From Cyanobacteria bacterium auto_48_18 (GTDB lineage: Bacteria > Cyanobacteriota > Vampirovibrionia > Obscuribacterales > Obscuribacteraceae): a stretch of 64,000 nt of DNA. Of this stretch, positions 17,716-27,443 are shown in pieces. The stretch is taken from assembly GCA_036170915.1 (NCBI GenBank), contig JAVHQC010000022.1, forward strand, positions 127,320-191,319, in the 5' to 3' direction. The position numbers were made by a program, and so were the translations under genes. A model generated the notes under the pieces. It did not search any database. It saw only the letters and a list, made by a program, of their open reading frames with translations, and was not told the DNA's origin. Numbering within the stretch: position 1 is the stretch's first letter; each line of letters opens with the position of its first letter.

Positions 17716-19833
17716 TCAATCGGCGTTTTTACCATCAGGCGACCAGTGCGCTTTGCTTATACTTTTAATCGAGCAGTGCGGCAATGCCCGTTGCAGCTTA
17801 CGTTTTACCGTCGGCGACCAGTCTGCCAGGCTCAAATATAGTTTGCTCAACTGGGGCATTTGCATGAAAGTCGGGCACGACGCTGAAGTCAATTGGTGAT
17901 TGCGCCGCAAATCGAGACTTTTGAGATGTTTTAGTTTGACAAGCGGTGCCAGATCGCTGTCGCGCAAACCGTTGGTGCTCAGGGTCAAAGTTTCTAGGTT
18001 TGGCATGGTGCTCAAGCTCTCTATGTCATGGGCGCTAACGGCGGTCTTGTCGAGATATAAACGCTCAATTTTTTTTGAATGGCGCAGAGCGTCAAGCAAG
18101 GGCGAGACTTTGTCATCGGCATTAAAGTTGAGACTGACAAGGTGCCCAATTAGAGGGGCTTTTGCCATGCCTTGGCCTGTAATTTTGGTGTCGGCAATAT
18201 CAAGTGATTCTAATTCGATTAACTTTGACATGGCCGCCAGGCAGCCGTCATCAATGTCATTGCCGGCCAGCTCTAGTTTGTGAATTGACGTGACCTGCGA
18301 AATGTTTTTCACCATTTCGTTATTGGCTTCAATGCTTTTGCATTCAAGATGCTTTAAGTCACCATGCTGAAAACGCTTGAGAATCGTCGGATATTGCGTA
18401 ACGTCGCCGCTCACGGTGATTTCAACATTGGCATGATAAGGCACATCACGCGGGCCTCGGGCCATGGTGGTGGCAAGTGTATTGTTGTGTGAATACTGCA
18501 AGAAACCAACAGAAAAATCTCTGGGAAATTCAAAATGACGAAAGGTCTCGCCATTCTTTTTGACAATGGTGGAGAAGGGTGTTTTGTTATCGATCTCAGC
18601 CTGGTATTTGCTTTTTGCCGGCAGAGCTTCGGCTGTGCCTGTGCTTGCTGGTGGTGCCTTTGCCACCACTTTCTTTGCTGTTGGCTGAGGCCAGAAACTG
18701 AAAGCGGCTGTGATAGCAGCTGCTCCTAGTAAGAGAAACAATGCCAGGCCAATAATTTTCATGCGATTTTCGGCTTCTGCATGACGCTTTTTGTCTTCAG
18801 AGCTGATTGTTGTTTCTATGGCCCTGGCAATGGCGGGCCTGCTAAAAGCCGGTGTAGGCGCATCAAACGTACTACTAGATGCACTATGAGAGGCACTATT
18901 AATATAGTGTTCAAGGCTGAGTAAATCGGCTGCAGTTTCTGCCAACGACTGGTAACGCTTCTCTGGCGATTTTTGCAGCAATTTGGCAATGATGCGCTCA
19001 AGCTCTGAAGGAAACTGCAAATTGCCGCCACTCACCTGTGAGTTAAGTGTAGGTGCCTCCATAGACTGATGCATCATGGTCGTTTCAACGGCGGTGTTAC
19101 CAGCAAAAGGAGTGCTGCCGGTGAGAATTTCAAAGAAAGTCACACCCACTGAATAAATATCAGTGCGGTGATCAACAGCGATGCCGGCACACTGCTCAGG
19201 GCTCATGTAAAGCGGGCTGCCGAAGACTTCACCGGGTCTGGTGACGCCCTGGTGGGCACCACCATCGATGGCAGTTAGTTTAGCAATACCAAAATCTACG
19301 ATTTTTACAATTTTGCCGCCCACATTATTGCTCTGGCTAAGCAACATTATGTTGGCAGGTTTAATATCGCGATGAATTATTCCCCGTTCGTGGGCATAAG
19401 CTAGACCGGCACATACTTGACGGAAAATTGGCAGCGCTTGCTTGAGTGGCAAAATATCAAGATAACTGAGTAGCTCCGCCAGCGACTCGCCGGTGAGCAA
19501 ATCCATGGTGTAATACGGCAGGCCATTTTCTGAATGACTCATGTCGTAGATTTTGACGATATTAATGTGATCGAGCCGGGCAATGGCCTGAGCCTCGGTC
19601 TGAAAGCGCCGCCAGGCCGTTTCGGTCACCTGGTCTGATCGCAACACTTTGAGCGCCAGCTGCCGACTCATAGCCAGGTGTTCCACCCGGTAAACAAAAC
19701 CCATGCCGCCCTGGCCAAGAAATGCTTCTACTTTGTAGCTGCCATTGATAATATCTCCGGGCGCAAATGGTCCACGGTTTTCGTGCTGCAGCGAAACCGA
19801 CCGGCCAGTTATATTGTCGCGGCTGTCTGACAT
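17716..19833 (-). CDS. Ser/Thr protein kinase with TM helix and LRR domain
   Basis: Hanks motifs; TM IIGLALFLLLGAAAITAAF; LRRs; paralog of 3498-5603. Confidence 0.92.
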   Translation of the reverse strand: MSDSRDNITGRSVSLQHENRGPFAPGDIINGSYKVEAFLGQGGMGFVYRVEHLAMSRQLALKVLRSDQVTETAWRRFQTEAQAIARLDHINIVKIYDMSHSENGLPYYTMDLLTGESLAELLSYLDILPLKQALPIFRQVCAGLAYAHERGIIHRDIKPANIMLLSQSNNVGGKIVKIVDFGIAKLTAIDGGAHQGVTRPGEVFGSPLYMSPEQCAGIAVDHRTDIYSVGVTFFEILTGSTPFAGNTAVETTMMHQSMEAPTLNSQVSGGNLQFPSELERIIAKLLQKSPEKRYQSLAETAADLLSLEHYINSASHSASSSTFDAPTPAFSRPAIARAIETTISSEDKKRHAEAENRMKIIGLALFLLLGAAAITAAFSFWPQPTAKKVVAKAPPASTGTAEALPAKSKYQAEIDNKTPFSTIVKKNGETFRHFEFPRDFSVGFLQYSHNNTLATTMARGPRDVPYHANVEITVSGDVTQYPTILKRFQHGDLKHLECKSIEANNEMVKNISQVTSIHKLELAGNDIDDGCLAAMSKLIELESLDIADTKITGQGMAKAPLIGHLVSLNFNADDKVSPLLDALRHSKKIERLYLDKTAVSAHDIESLSTMPNLETLTLSTNGLRDSDLAPLVKLKHLKSLDLRRNHQLTSASCPTFMQMPQLSKLYLSLADWSPTVKRKLQRALPHCSIKSISKAHWSPDGKNAD

Positions 19834-19907
19834 TTGACCCCCGCCGGCATTATTCCACTATTATTGTTTAACGCACCGCCTGCGTACCTAAAAACGGATG
19901 GCCAAAA

Positions 19908-21500
19908 TTGCCGTCAGACTCAGCTCACGAATCACAAATTTGGCCCGCCGACGCCGGCAATTTTAAGGCGTGGTTATGCGTGGCACTGCTTATCGACTTT
20001 TTGACGGCGGCCTGGCATTGCGCCATACCTGACGCCATAACCGGCGACGTGGCCATGTACTTGCAGTGTGGTCAGCTCGTACTAAGCGGCCAGATTCCAT
20101 TTCTTGATCTGGTTGACGTCAATCCGCCGCTGATTATGTTTCTAAATGTCTTTCCGGCACTGCTGGCTCGTCTCAGCGGTTTGTCATTAATGACCGCTGG
20201 TTCACTATTTATGGGAATAGTCAGCGTGGCCGCCACATTCATGACAGCATTCATACTGAAAGATTGTCTTCCGCGAGATTACAAACGCTTTTTTGGCCCG
20301 GTTTTATTATCTGGCGCGTTAACCAATGCCATGGTGACATACGATTTTGGTCAGCGCGAACATTTTTTTGCTCTTGTCTGGTTGCCGTTTTTCTTCTTGC
20401 GTTGGTCTCGTTATCAAAACAGTGGAGCTAATAAAAACGTTCTAGATTTGATCTGTGGAGCAGCTTTCGGCCTCGGTTTGGCTCTCAAGTTTTACTTCGC
20501 TATCATTCCGGTCGCATGCGAGCTTTATTGGCTGGTGACGACAAAAGGCAGAGCGGTGAAGGTGGCTGCGCTCTTCAGCGCTGAGGCGTTAGCAGCGCTG
20601 GCCGTACTTTTGCTTTACGGCGTATATTTTTTATTGATGCCGCAAAGTGCGCGTGACGTTTTCTTTGGCATAGTCACGCCCTTGCTGCTCAGCGCTTATT
20701 CTGCTTTTAACCTCGCCGGATTTTCAATGGCCAATGTCTACTGGTGGCCAGTACTTGCTTTTGTTGTGGCATCGCTGGTGGTGGCATTAGTTTGCCGTCC
20801 GCCCCGGGCTCTTGCCTTGCCTGTGATAATTAGTCTGACAGCCGGATTTGTACTAGTGGAGATGCAGCACAAAGGCTGGACCTATCACGGCATTTCTATG
20901 TTACTGGCGGCACTTTTACTTTTATGTATTTCTCTGGCGCATAAAATTCATGCGGTCAAATTTAGATTTTGGTTTATGTCGGGTTGCTCACTGCTTGTGA
21001 CTGTGGGAGCTAGTTTGTGGATGACAAATGTGCACCAAAAACTCGACGTACTGACCGGCTGGCAGCGAAAAATTGGTACTTACGCCCGGCCCGGCGAGCA
21101 GGTTTTATATTTAGATACCTCAGATTGCCCATGGTATGTTTACGCCGCAGACGCACAGCTTATGCCGGGCTCGCGTTATTTGTGGCTGTTCTATTTGCCC
21201 ATGCTGGAATACAAAAAGAGTCATATTCAGGCAGATGCTAATGATAAAAAGGCCGAGCGGCTTGCGGCTGTAGAAGCCGAAGTACAGGCCATGGTTGATA
21301 ATCTGGTGGCAGACGCAAATAAGAGGCAACCAGCAGTGGTGCTCTGTCACATGCGTAACTGTTATTCTATGCCGGCAGATTTTGACTTACTTGCGTACTT
21401 GCGCAAGTATGGCTTCGATCGCGCGCTTTCGGCATATGAAGAGCAGGAGCGCATCAATGATTTTGTTGTGTTTAAGAGGAAGGGTGGTAATTCTAAATAG
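19908..21500 (+). CDS. Polytopic membrane protein, possible GT-C-fold glycosyltransferase
   Basis: Many TMs; first-loop DVAMYL...PFLDLVDVNPP; FGQREH; soluble C-terminal domain. Confidence 0.55.
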   Translation: MPSDSAHESQIWPADAGNFKAWLCVALLIDFLTAAWHCAIPDAITGDVAMYLQCGQLVLSGQIPFLDLVDVNPPLIMFLNVFPALLARLSGLSLMTAGSLFMGIVSVAATFMTAFILKDCLPRDYKRFFGPVLLSGALTNAMVTYDFGQREHFFALVWLPFFFLRWSRYQNSGANKNVLDLICGAAFGLGLALKFYFAIIPVACELYWLVTTKGRAVKVAALFSAEALAALAVLLLYGVYFLLMPQSARDVFFGIVTPLLLSAYSAFNLAGFSMANVYWWPVLAFVVASLVVALVCRPPRALALPVIISLTAGFVLVEMQHKGWTYHGISMLLAALLLLCISLAHKIHAVKFRFWFMSGCSLLVTVGASLWMTNVHQKLDVLTGWQRKIGTYARPGEQVLYLDTSDCPWYVYAADAQLMPGSRYLWLFYLPMLEYKKSHIQADANDKKAERLAAVEAEVQAMVDNLVADANKRQPAVVLCHMRNCYSMPADFDLLAYLRKYGFDRALSAYEEQERINDFVVFKRKGGNSK

Positions 21501-22397
21501 CTAATGCAGCGGTGACAGCGCCTCCGCCGGAAAATGTGAGTTTGAAACCACATCGACGAATTGAATGTGCTTGAATTTGCTTCTGGCTTTCCCGTCGCGC
21601 CAGAACTCTTTGGGCCTGATGGTGACAGTGTTTAGCTTCGGTAATTTCAAAAGCGCTGGTAAGATTTTATCGTTAATTCCGGTATCGTTTATAGATAGAC
21701 GCTGCAGGTTTTTCAGTGGCGCCAGATAAGCCATGCATTTGTTATCAATTTTGCGATTGAAAGAAATATCGAGGAGTGTCGCATTGCTCAAATTGGCCAT
21801 GCTCGCACAGTCGTCATTGGTGAGCATGGTGCGACCTAAATGTAAATCGAGCAAGTTTGGCATGATTGATTTAATTTTGGCTACACTGCCTGGCTTTAAA
21901 GCCGAAGCACTTAAATCGAGATGGCGCAGCTTCTTCAGTTGACTCAGACTGGCCATGGTTGTGCCTGTTATGTTTGTACCGCTGGCACGCAGGGTAGCCA
22001 GCTCTTTGAAATTATTGCCAATAACGGTGAGCGAATTGTCGCTGATCATAGTTTGATCAAGATTTAGGGTACGCAGAGATTTGAAGTTTTTGATGTACGT
22101 CAATTGTTCGTCTTCAAAATCGAGTTGTGAGGCACAAAAGGTAGTGACACGCAGTCGGCTCAGTTGTTCAATTGATTTCATCTGTTGCTGACCATCAAAT
22201 GTGAGGTTGACCTCAAGATTGATATTGTCGGGAAGGCGCACATCACCCTGAGCCACCACTCGGGCGCGACGCACTGAGTGATCAGCTTTCGGCCAATATA
22301 ATATTTCGGCCAGCGACGCACGATTGGGAAAGTTCATTGCCACCATGTCTGCCAGTGCACTCTGGCAGGAGAATAGAACTAGCAGTAGTACGAGCAA
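21501..22397 (-). CDS. Secreted stand-alone LRR protein
   Basis: Signal peptide (CQSALA-D); repeats such as LRTLNLDQTMISD; same pre-LRR cap as the kinases. Confidence 0.85.
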   Translation of the reverse strand: MLVLLLVLFSCQSALADMVAMNFPNRASLAEILYWPKADHSVRRARVVAQGDVRLPDNINLEVNLTFDGQQQMKSIEQLSRLRVTTFCASQLDFEDEQLTYIKNFKSLRTLNLDQTMISDNSLTVIGNNFKELATLRASGTNITGTTMASLSQLKKLRHLDLSASALKPGSVAKIKSIMPNLLDLHLGRTMLTNDDCASMANLSNATLLDISFNRKIDNKCMAYLAPLKNLQRLSINDTGINDKILPALLKLPKLNTVTIRPKEFWRDGKARSKFKHIQFVDVVSNSHFPAEALSPLH

Positions 22398-22453
22398 TAC
22401 GCGTAGAATGGCTATTTCCTTTGGGCTGTTGCATTGACGAACAACTTGCCAAA

Positions 22454-23125
22454 TTACGGCGTTAGTATGTTTATCACAAACACAACGGGGTTCAATTTGC
22501 GCATACTGGGCTTGTTCGAAAGTATTTCTCTATCACCTATAAGTTCTTCTGGTGTGTTGCCCCCGGTTGGTGCCAAGCTAATGGTGGCGCTTACTTTGCC
22601 TGATTTAGATTTGAGTATCGAATCTAGTTTGCCGCCGTTCCAGGATAGTACGTTGCCACCATAGTCCCAATCAAAGCCAGAAAGTTTAAACGGTTTACCG
22701 TTCATTTTTTCAAGTTCAACTAAAGTGGTGCCGGTTGTAATTTCGTTGGGCAATCGCCACAGGCTAGGATTATCTTCGATACGAATGACTTCAGCAGCAT
22801 CGCGCTTTTTGGCGTCTTTCCAGATAAATGAGACTTTGCGCTTGGTGTCATTTGGATAAATTACTGTGCCGTCAGCAGTCTCACCTTCAGCAACGTGGAC
22901 TGTTTGGCGTTTGACATTTTTGGCACCAAAATTAGCAATCAAACTTTTTTCAGATGTGGTTGTACACAAAGTCGGTGAAACTTTGCTGCTATCGCGCATC
23001 ACCAGATATGGTTGTTGCGGCGCCGTGCCCTGCGCAAAAATAGACGTTGTGCCTAGTGCTAAAAAACCGCTAGCAATTGCGGCACATACAGTATTTCGCA
23101 GCGACATAAACTTTCCCCATGGCAT
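22454..23125 (-). CDS. Secreted hypothetical protein
   Basis: Signal peptide ending IFA-Q; ELEKMNGKPF..GFDWDYGG. Confidence 0.75.
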   Translation of the reverse strand: MPWGKFMSLRNTVCAAIASGFLALGTTSIFAQGTAPQQPYLVMRDSSKVSPTLCTTTSEKSLIANFGAKNVKRQTVHVAEGETADGTVIYPNDTKRKVSFIWKDAKKRDAAEVIRIEDNPSLWRLPNEITTGTTLVELEKMNGKPFKLSGFDWDYGGNVLSWNGGKLDSILKSKSGKVSATISLAPTGGNTPEELIGDREILSNKPSMRKLNPVVFVINILTP

Positions 23126-23191
23126 CTAAGTGATTGGATCAGGAAGTATACGATATCTGTGAAATCAGTGACAGCATCAAGTGCTTACGCT

Positions 23192-23680
23192 CTAGGCTTT
23201 ATCAGCCTTTGGCTTTTTCGATGGGGTATCCACCTCTTCGAATGCTGTAGCAAGGCCAAGAGGGTCTGTCTTGTCAAATAGTGGGCAATCAAGAAAACTG
23301 GTACCGGATTTTGGCTCACAAATATTGGGACTTAGTGCCATGTCGCAATCAGGGCAACGCAATGAAATATGGTCTGCTTCTGCGTCATCGAGTATTGGTT
23401 TCATTCTTTTTGCCATAAGTTTGTTCAGCGAACACTCCGATGTTCCAATGGGCAGCCGAACGTTGATACGTGCATAGAATTCTTGGTTTGTTGGATACTT
23501 GATTCTTCGGAAAACAGATATGCCGTTTTCTGGCTTACCCGTTTTTCGATAATTCATTTTCCTAACGAAGTCAGATATGTCCTGGTGGAGCCGCCCAACA
23601 CCTTCGTCCAAATCGGAAGGCAGCCTAATCAGCCCTCTAATTAAGATTTCGCCCTGTTTGAGGTGGCCGTCTTTTGTCAT
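23192..23680 (-). CDS. Hypothetical protein, possible ART-fold (Tse2-like) toxin with a Cys-rich tail
   Basis: EILIRG / GISVF / DHISL spacing; CPDC..C..C. Confidence 0.5.
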   Translation of the reverse strand: MTKDGHLKQGEILIRGLIRLPSDLDEGVGRLHQDISDFVRKMNYRKTGKPENGISVFRRIKYPTNQEFYARINVRLPIGTSECSLNKLMAKRMKPILDDAEADHISLRCPDCDMALSPNICEPKSGTSFLDCPLFDKTDPLGLATAFEEVDTPSKKPKADKA

Positions 23681-23692
23681 CTGGCAGCTTTG

Positions 23693-24073
23693 CTACGCTG
23701 GAATACGGAATAAGTCTCTGGCAAAGCATGGTCGGCCCACTATTTCCGAATTATGGAAGTACTCTACTGAGCCGTCGGGTTTGATATAGACACGAAAATC
23801 TTCGCCGTGATTGCACCAGCCAAGCAAGATTTCGCTATTTACAGTCAAGCCAATTTTGGGACTAGTCGCAATTTGAAAAGATTCCAAAACTTCGAAAGCG
23901 ACCGCTACAGAGCGTTCCGTAGGGTACACGTCATAATCGTCGGAAAATTCTTCCGCTTCGCGACACAAGCTTAAGAGATGCTCTTTCGCCCTATCAAGCC
24001 ATTTTTCATTTGATTGTTTTTTGCTAACTGCCACGCGAATCGAGCTCAAGGTGGATTTTCCTCCTGAAATCAT
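23693..24073 (-). CDS. Hypothetical protein, putative partner or antitoxin of the downstream ART-like gene
   Basis: 12 nt upstream on the same strand; DDYDVYP...PKIGLTVNSEILLGW. Confidence 0.55.
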   Translation of the reverse strand: MISGGKSTLSSIRVAVSKKQSNEKWLDRAKEHLLSLCREAEEFSDDYDVYPTERSVAVAFEVLESFQIATSPKIGLTVNSEILLGWCNHGEDFRVYIKPDGSVEYFHNSEIVGRPCFARDLFRIPA

Positions 24074-24219
24074 ACCCCAGTCTGACTCATTTGAACCTTA
24101 AAGCCGCCCACTAATGGGATATTACACCTCTGGATCAAGCATTAGCTTCCGGTCGAGACTCGACTAAGGTAGTGGAAGACTCATTATTAAGTGAGCCAAG
24201 TGTTCTGTGTTTAGAGAGC

Positions 24220-24405
24220 TTAGTCATCCAATTTGCGTTTAGTGGATGGAGAGACGCTTTCGCAGCCCCGGAAACCGGTGCGGTATTCTTCATCGGCAAT
24301 TGCGATCTGCTGTAAGGCTCTCGCGTGCTCATCGTCAGAGATTTCTACTTCTCCCAAAATCACGATTTTGGTCTTATCGAATTTGCCTCTGGGCTCTTTT
24401 TCCAT
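24220..24405 (-). CDS. 61-aa protein, possibly a truncated antitoxin
   Basis: GAGGA RBS upstream of the ATG. Confidence 0.45.
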   Translation of the reverse strand: MEKEPRGKFDKTKIVILGEVEISDDEHARALQQIAIADEEYRTGFRGCESVSPSTKRKLDD

Positions 24406-24487
24406 TGTTCTGTCCTCGCCCTAGCTCGCTAATTTAATTGTATTACGAATTTGATGTTTGATTTCGTAATCTCTAGCAAGGGCAGTC

Positions 24488-24868
24488 TTATTTATAGTTC
24501 CGATAGTTTTTTAGCTTTTCCTTTAGCTCTGTCAGTTCGCTCGCCAGGTTCTCTTTAAGAGGCTTAGGTAAGGCGTTTAAGCATGCTATTCGATCAAGAA
24601 TCTTTTGTCGTGCGCATTCGGGCTGCACGATCGCCAACTGAGAACGTGCCGTATTTTCTCTGGCGTTGCCGCATGATAGACAGAGAGTTAGTTTCAAGGG
24701 TGCGTCCCGATAAATCGTATTGTCTGGTTCGATGCGAGCGCCGCATCTGCACCAACCGAAGTAAATTGCCTTGATAAATCGCGGGCGTGGAATGTAGTTT
24801 TTGGCTTCGGTGCGTCTTCTAAGCATGAGAGTTGCTCCGTGGATACATGACGACTTTAATGCCGTCAT
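24488..24868 (-). CDS. Small Zn-finger-like hypothetical protein
   Basis: AIYFGWCRCGARI...CLSC. Confidence 0.5.
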   Translation of the reverse strand: MTALKSSCIHGATLMLRRRTEAKNYIPRPRFIKAIYFGWCRCGARIEPDNTIYRDAPLKLTLCLSCGNARENTARSQLAIVQPECARQKILDRIACLNALPKPLKENLASELTELKEKLKNYRNYK

Positions 24869-24969
24869 GAAATAGAAGCACTGTGCAATCGCACAGCGTT
24901 CTGACAGAGATCGGCTTTTTCGGTAAAATTTGCTTCTCTGTCTCAGAACAACTGGCGTTTATCGACTCT

Positions 24970-26631
24970 ATGAAACAACCAAGTGATCACTTACGTGCCT
25001 TAATTAACCAGCTCCAGCAGCTGACATACTCTTTTTACGGCCGCGGTTCTGGGGCCACGACAGAAGAGATAGAACTTGGCTTAGAGTTGCTCAAGAAGAT
25101 TTCAGACTGTGGCGAATGGACGGCCATCCCTTTTCTCATGCCATTTTTGGCGACTCAGGCAGATGTGGCGAATGCTACTGCTAGCTGCGTTCAGTCGTTG
25201 GTTACCGGCATGCGGCCGACAATGCTTTTAGAGCTTGATGAGCGCTCTCGCGGCAGCTCTTGGAGAGAACCTCCGGATTTAAGCTTTTGGGGCAAATTTA
25301 AAAACTATGTTTTTACAAAGCCGACGGCTAAAGAAAATCTGGTTGGCGTCGTTGGTGTTAGCACTTTCCATCGCATCGGCTACGTGCGAGAGTCAGCGCT
25401 TATTGAACTCGCGCTACTCAGGGGCGGCGGTGAGCTGCCGTTTTTGCTGATTCGGCTGAACGACTGGGTTCCGCAAGTACGGGCCATAGCAGAAAAAGCC
25501 ATGGAAGAGCGGATGCAGACGTCATATTTGCAGAGTTTTGTTGACAATCTTGCCCTGGTGCAGCGGGTCAGTCAGCGGACGCGCAACGGATTAAAGAGCC
25601 AAGAGATCACTGGCCGGATGACCGAGATGCTATTACAGGAAGCAAATATTCACCTGCTATTCGATGGTCTGAAGCATCATGATTATGAAGTATCAAGGCG
25701 TTGCCTGGATTTATTGATGCTGTCGCGAGCAGGCAATTCGACTCGCATTATCGAACTTGTTGTTCGGCACAAAGATTTAAAAAACCGCCTTATGGCATTC
25801 GAGCTAGCGAATACTTTGCCCGCAGATGCTCGGAGTGCAGTGTGGCTGCAGCTTGCTAAGGATAGAGCTCCATCGGTAAGGCGACTGGCGCTCGGCGCCC
25901 TTTGTGAAAACAGCAGCGCCGAAAGTAACACATTCTTGCAGGCTGCTTTACTCGACAAGGGCGTTGCCGTGCGTGATTTTGCCAGGTGGAAGCTCAAAGA
26001 CTTAGGAATAGAAATTGATTATCGTCAGTTTTATATCGAGCAATTGAAAAGTGATGTGTCGCCCCAAGTTCTTGCAGCTGCAATTGCCGGCCTTGGTGAA
26101 ATTGGCCAGTCGCATGACGCTGAGCTGATCGTTCCCTTTGTCGAGCATACGCATAATGCTGTAAAAAAATCGGCCATCAAGTCGCTGGCAAGATTAGCAG
26201 CACATGAATATCAACATCTCTTTTTGCAGCTGTTAAAAAATCATGTCGCGAGTATTTCTAACGCCGGAGCCGCTGCGCTGGCGCTGACGATTAGCAGTGT
26301 TGATGCGGGCCTGCTTTGGGATGCACTGGTTGAAACTAAAAGTTGGTATGTCAAACGCAGCGTGCTCAGGTTGCTGAATCAAGTGAATAAATGGGACCGA
26401 CTCACTTATTTGATGCTTGCACTATCGGAGCCGGACGCGTCGGTGCAAGAAATGGCATTGGGATTTGTTGATATGTGGACCCAAGAATATGATACTAGCT
26501 GGCGCTTCACGGAGCCCAATGAACAACAATTGAAGCGGCTTGCCGACGCGCTTCCTGGAGCACGCGCAAGATTGTCGAGTGTTCAAATTAGTCTGTTGCA
26601 AGAATGTTTGGCGCTGCGGCAGAAGCAGTAG
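24970..26631 (+). CDS. HEAT-repeat protein
   Basis: GYVRESA, RLNDWVPQVR, D..PSVRRLAL repeats; ATG 24970 preferred over 24883. Confidence 0.85.
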   Translation: MKQPSDHLRALINQLQQLTYSFYGRGSGATTEEIELGLELLKKISDCGEWTAIPFLMPFLATQADVANATASCVQSLVTGMRPTMLLELDERSRGSSWREPPDLSFWGKFKNYVFTKPTAKENLVGVVGVSTFHRIGYVRESALIELALLRGGGELPFLLIRLNDWVPQVRAIAEKAMEERMQTSYLQSFVDNLALVQRVSQRTRNGLKSQEITGRMTEMLLQEANIHLLFDGLKHHDYEVSRRCLDLLMLSRAGNSTRIIELVVRHKDLKNRLMAFELANTLPADARSAVWLQLAKDRAPSVRRLALGALCENSSAESNTFLQAALLDKGVAVRDFARWKLKDLGIEIDYRQFYIEQLKSDVSPQVLAAAIAGLGEIGQSHDAELIVPFVEHTHNAVKKSAIKSLARLAAHEYQHLFLQLLKNHVASISNAGAAALALTISSVDAGLLWDALVETKSWYVKRSVLRLLNQVNKWDRLTYLMLALSEPDASVQEMALGFVDMWTQEYDTSWRFTEPNEQQLKRLADALPGARARLSSVQISLLQECLALRQKQ

Positions 26632-26845
26632 TATTGCACGTGTCAGAGCAACTAGTGCTCTGCTTAATGTGCTCGAAAATCTACCGTCAAAAGGGCGCAC
26701 CGAATCGGGTACCATCGCATTTCGCGATTCGCTACGAACACAGCTTCGTCTTAAATTGTTTACTCTCACTAGATGAACAGCGAAAGAGACAGATGCCTAA
26801 GCACCAAGTTCGCTAGCTTAGAGGGCTTGAACAAGGATGGTGGCT

Positions 26846-26878
26846 GTTGACAATTATGTCAACCATGTGCTATATGTT
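26846..26878 (+). promoter_or_regulatory. Promoter with an inverted-repeat operator GTTGACA-N4-TGTCAAC over the -35 box
   Basis: TTGACA at 26847-26852; palindrome 26846-26863; TATATGTT at 26871-26878; ATG 26883 has no SD. Confidence 0.65.
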
Positions 26879-26882
26879 AAGC

Positions 26883-27443
26883 ATGGATCTTCCACAGTTT
26901 AATCAATTTGGCCTGCTGCCTGCTGGTGATTACGTGCTCACGCTAAGCCAGCTCAGGGGCAGTCTTCTGGTGGTGCCTTCAGCTGAATCTGACCCGAGCT
27001 GGGATCAAAATTGGCGGCGCAAGCTTGTGGATAACCTGGCAGTCATGGCCGAGCAGCTTTGGTGCGTCGGTATTACCAATATTTTTGTTGACGGCTCCTT
27101 CGTCGAAAACAAAGATCATCCAAATGATATTGATGGATATTTTGAGTGTGATTTGAACTATCTGTCTACAGGGCAGTTGCAGCAAGATTTAAACCAGCTA
27201 GACCCTCATAAAGTTTGGACATGGTCACCAGCAAGCCGCACTCCGTATGCAAATTCTACAAAACGACAACTTCCAATGTGGCATTTTTACAGGGTTGAGC
27301 TTTATCCACACATTGGTCAGCTGTCTGGCATTGTCGATGAGTTTGGAAATGATTTGCAGTTTCCTGCTGCATTTCGAAAATCTCGCAGCGAACATCGTCA
27401 GAAAGGCATTATCAAACTCCTTCAGGAGAAGGCCCATGATTAA
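26883..27443 (+). CDS. DUF6932-like nucleotidyltransferase-fold protein (putative toxin)
   Basis: P.F...GLLPAG, VDGSFV..K..PNDID (GS...DxD), terminal KGII. Confidence 0.8.
   Translation: MDLPQFNQFGLLPAGDYVLTLSQLRGSLLVVPSAESDPSWDQNWRRKLVDNLAVMAEQLWCVGITNIFVDGSFVENKDHPNDIDGYFECDLNYLSTGQLQQDLNQLDPHKVWTWSPASRTPYANSTKRQLPMWHFYRVELYPHIGQLSGIVDEFGNDLQFPAAFRKSRSEHRQKGIIKLLQEKAHD

Noticed and set aside
3498..19833. Kinase paralogs as a DGR template/variable-repeat pair
   Set aside because: Similarity is at protein level with differences at all bases; no reverse transcriptase in the window.
26604..26816. 70-aa ORF with CxxC after the HEAT gene
   Set aside because: Overlaps the HEAT gene end, has no RBS, and is too short to support.
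27247..27435. Extended N-terminus of the XRE gene
   Set aside because: Lies inside the nucleotidyltransferase gene; the RBS supports ATG 27436.
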